From Vicugna vicugna (Eukaryota), in the NCBI GenBank assembly GCA_013265495.1, contig MU057654.1, positions 337,558 through 392,052 on the forward strand: a stretch of DNA of 54,495 nucleotides, given 5' to 3'. Below, one piece after another: positions 52,655 through 54,495 of the stretch. The notes under the pieces were generated by a model, which was not told where the DNA came from, ran no database searches, and was given only the letters and a program-made list of their open reading frames with translations. A program made the translations under genes and the position numbers. How positions within the stretch are numbered: position 1 is the stretch's first letter; every line of letters begins with the position of its first letter.

Positions 52655-53430
52655 TTGTGGGAGTGGAAATTGGGGGCCAGAGCTCACTGGTGACGTGGTC
52701 GTCACGTGACCAAGAGCTGCCTGGAGCAGAAGTACTGCTAGTCGCCTCCGTCTGGGTACCAGCCCCCTATTACTCTGCAGGCTCGTGAAGGAAGAAGCAA
52801 ATTAGCCCGGACCGTGCAGGTCGGTAGAGCCTGGGCTCTCTTTGGAGGGAGATGGGGATGGGAGAGGGCCAAGAACGCCAAGGATCTGAGTTCGGGCCGA
52901 TCGGGGCTGTGTCCCCTTCTCGCCTACTTTCTAAATACCGCTGTCCCCCTCCTCGTGCCCATTTTAGTAGAGAGAACTGAGGGACTTCGGGCGGCGGGTG
53001 AGGGGAGTGAATGGCTAGTACAGAGACTCCGAGGAAAGAAACGGTCCACAATCACGGCACTCGTGTCCTGAGTGCTGCTCCGTCCACCAAGAACTCTTTC
53101 CCCTCGGTCCCCCGTCTGTCTGCAGGTTTATAGATTTGTTGGCCCGTAGGTCGCTGGAAAAAGTCGTGGCGAGGGAGGGAGCAAACTGCCTTGGGACGTG
53201 CAGGTCGGTGTGAATGTGGGATGAGTCCTGACCCCTGGGTGGGGGTGGCGGTGGGGATGGCGGAGGAGGGGCCTGGGATCGGTGCGGGCCGGGTCCAAGT
53301 CGCCCCCTCCCGGCCCCTTCTTTCTCCCATTTCAGTGCAGGGAAAGGGGTGTGGCGGCCTTTGCTGGGGAAATGGCGGACGACGGGGGGAGGCGCGGAAA
53401 GCCTGCGTTAAGAAAGTCAGGACGGTGTGA
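52655..53430 (+). promoter_or_regulatory. ARMCX6: ARMCX6 CpG-island promoter and non-coding 5' exons
   Basis: TGACGT at 52691-52696 and palindromic GTCACGTGAC at 52701-52710; donors gtgcAG|GTCGGT near 52820 and 53204; YY1-like aaatggcgg near 53370. Confidence 0.8.
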
Positions 53431-54101
53431 GAAATATTTTAAACTCAAAGGCTGAAAATTCAGAAAAGCGGGTATTGGGACCTGTGTTCTCAGTACTGAT
53501 ACATCCACTACACTTTCAGTTCTCCAAAGCTGGCTATCTTGTCTTTCCATCTGTCCTTCTGCTGGATTGTCCCTCAGTCACTGTGGAAGGAGCATTGACC
53601 ACAGAAGACAAGGGAAGAAGAAAGAATTTACGTGACTTTGAAAGAGGCTGGTGGGAGAGTCTAGCTGTGAGTCTTTGGGGGGTGGGGGGTTAGGGGTGGA
53701 AGAGGACACTACCTGCAGGTCAACCTCTCCATGTCACCCTCCTGGCTGTCATAGCACAGCCCCATCTCCTGCCCTTCTCTGTAGGCCCTGGAATATCAAT
53801 GGTGGATCCTGAGGGTACACAGAGGATAACAGAAAAGAACAAAGAAATAGTTGCCCAATAAGCCACCTCTCTCAACCAGAACTCAAACTCCACTCTGTCT
53901 GGTAAGGCACGAATTCAGGCACAACTCAAAGCCCTAATGTTATTTTTCATCACAGATTCATTACAAGAGAGCTACAGGAGCCTGGGATAGGCTGAAGGCA
54001 TCTACCCTCCACCATTACTCACCCTGGCCATAAGAACCATCTTCAATCAGGTGAAGCAAGGCCCTCTCCTGCCCTGCCCCCAGGCTGGCACAGACTTGAG
54101 T

Positions 54102-54495
54102 ATGGGCCGGGCTCGGGAAGTGGGTTGGATGGCAGCAGGACTGATGATTGGGGCTGGTGCTTGCTACTGTGTTTACAAACTGACTATAGGAAGAGGTGAT
54201 AGTGAGAAGTTGGAGGAGGAAGAAGAGGAATGGGACGATGACCAGGAGCTGAATGAGGCGGAGCCTGAGATTTGGTTTGATTTCACAACTATGGCTAGGC
54301 CCTGGAGTGAGGATGGAGATTGGACTGAACCTGGGGCCCCTGGTGGCACTGAGGACAGGCCTTCAGGTGGGGGCAAGGCCAACCGAACACACCCAATAAA
54401 ACAGCGCCCATTCCCTTACGAACATAAAAATACTTGGAGTGCACAAAGCTATAAAAATTTCACGTGTGTTCTTGGCCTCTCCAAGAGCCCTTTCA
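54102..54495 (+). CDS. ARMCX6: Armadillo repeat-containing X-linked protein 6, 5' part (truncated by window end)
   Basis: Manual translation gives MGRAREVGWMAAGLMIGAGACYCVYKLTIGRGDSEKLEEEEEEWDDDQELNEAEPEIWFDFTTMARPWSEDGDWTEPGAPGGTEDRPSGGGKANRTHPIKQRPFPYEHKNTWSAQ..., open to the window end. It is absent from the ORF track because it has no stop. Confidence 0.95.
   Translation, partial: MGRAREVGWMAAGLMIGAGACYCVYKLTIGRGDSEKLEEEEEEWDDDQELNEAEPEIWFDFTTMARPWSEDGDWTEPGAPGGTEDRPSGGGKANRTHPIKQRPFPYEHKNTWSAQSYKNFTCVLGLSKSPF

Overview
Mammalian (eutherian) genomic DNA containing part of the X-linked ARMCX (ALEX/GASP) cluster. It is probably a cetartiodactyl such as a camelid; this is inferred from the L1 3'-UTR type and from my finding no young SINEs. 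Three intact single-coding-exon genes are present: ARMCX2 (+, 18426-20342, 638 aa), ARMCX3 (-, 45819-44680, 379 aa) and the 5' part of ARMCX6 (+, from 54102, running off the window). Each has a CpG-rich promoter and non-coding 5' exons. Most of the remainder is L1, L2, MIR, LTR and DNA-transposon remnants plus microsatellites. The main discovery is a fourth, unannotated ARMCX-family unit on the minus strand at ~10.9-11.9 kb, head-to-head with ARMCX2. It keeps the family promoter cassette (TGACGT + TCACGTGAC), a homologous first exon, a homologous splice acceptor and leader, and a strong-Kozak 57-aa ORF (MGRAQNLGLMAAGLVVGTGSWYYIYQLTCGGEQNKKRPADSKDINPAYKKFRKYRKL*). The ORF is just below the ORF-track cutoff. 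It encodes only the ARMCX signal-anchor plus a basic tail apparently taken from an old L1, so it is either a candidate mitochondrial-anchor microprotein or a truncated pseudogene. With it, the window resolves into two similarly spaced divergent ARMCX pairs. Repeat family names and boundaries are by-eye estimates; no searches were run.
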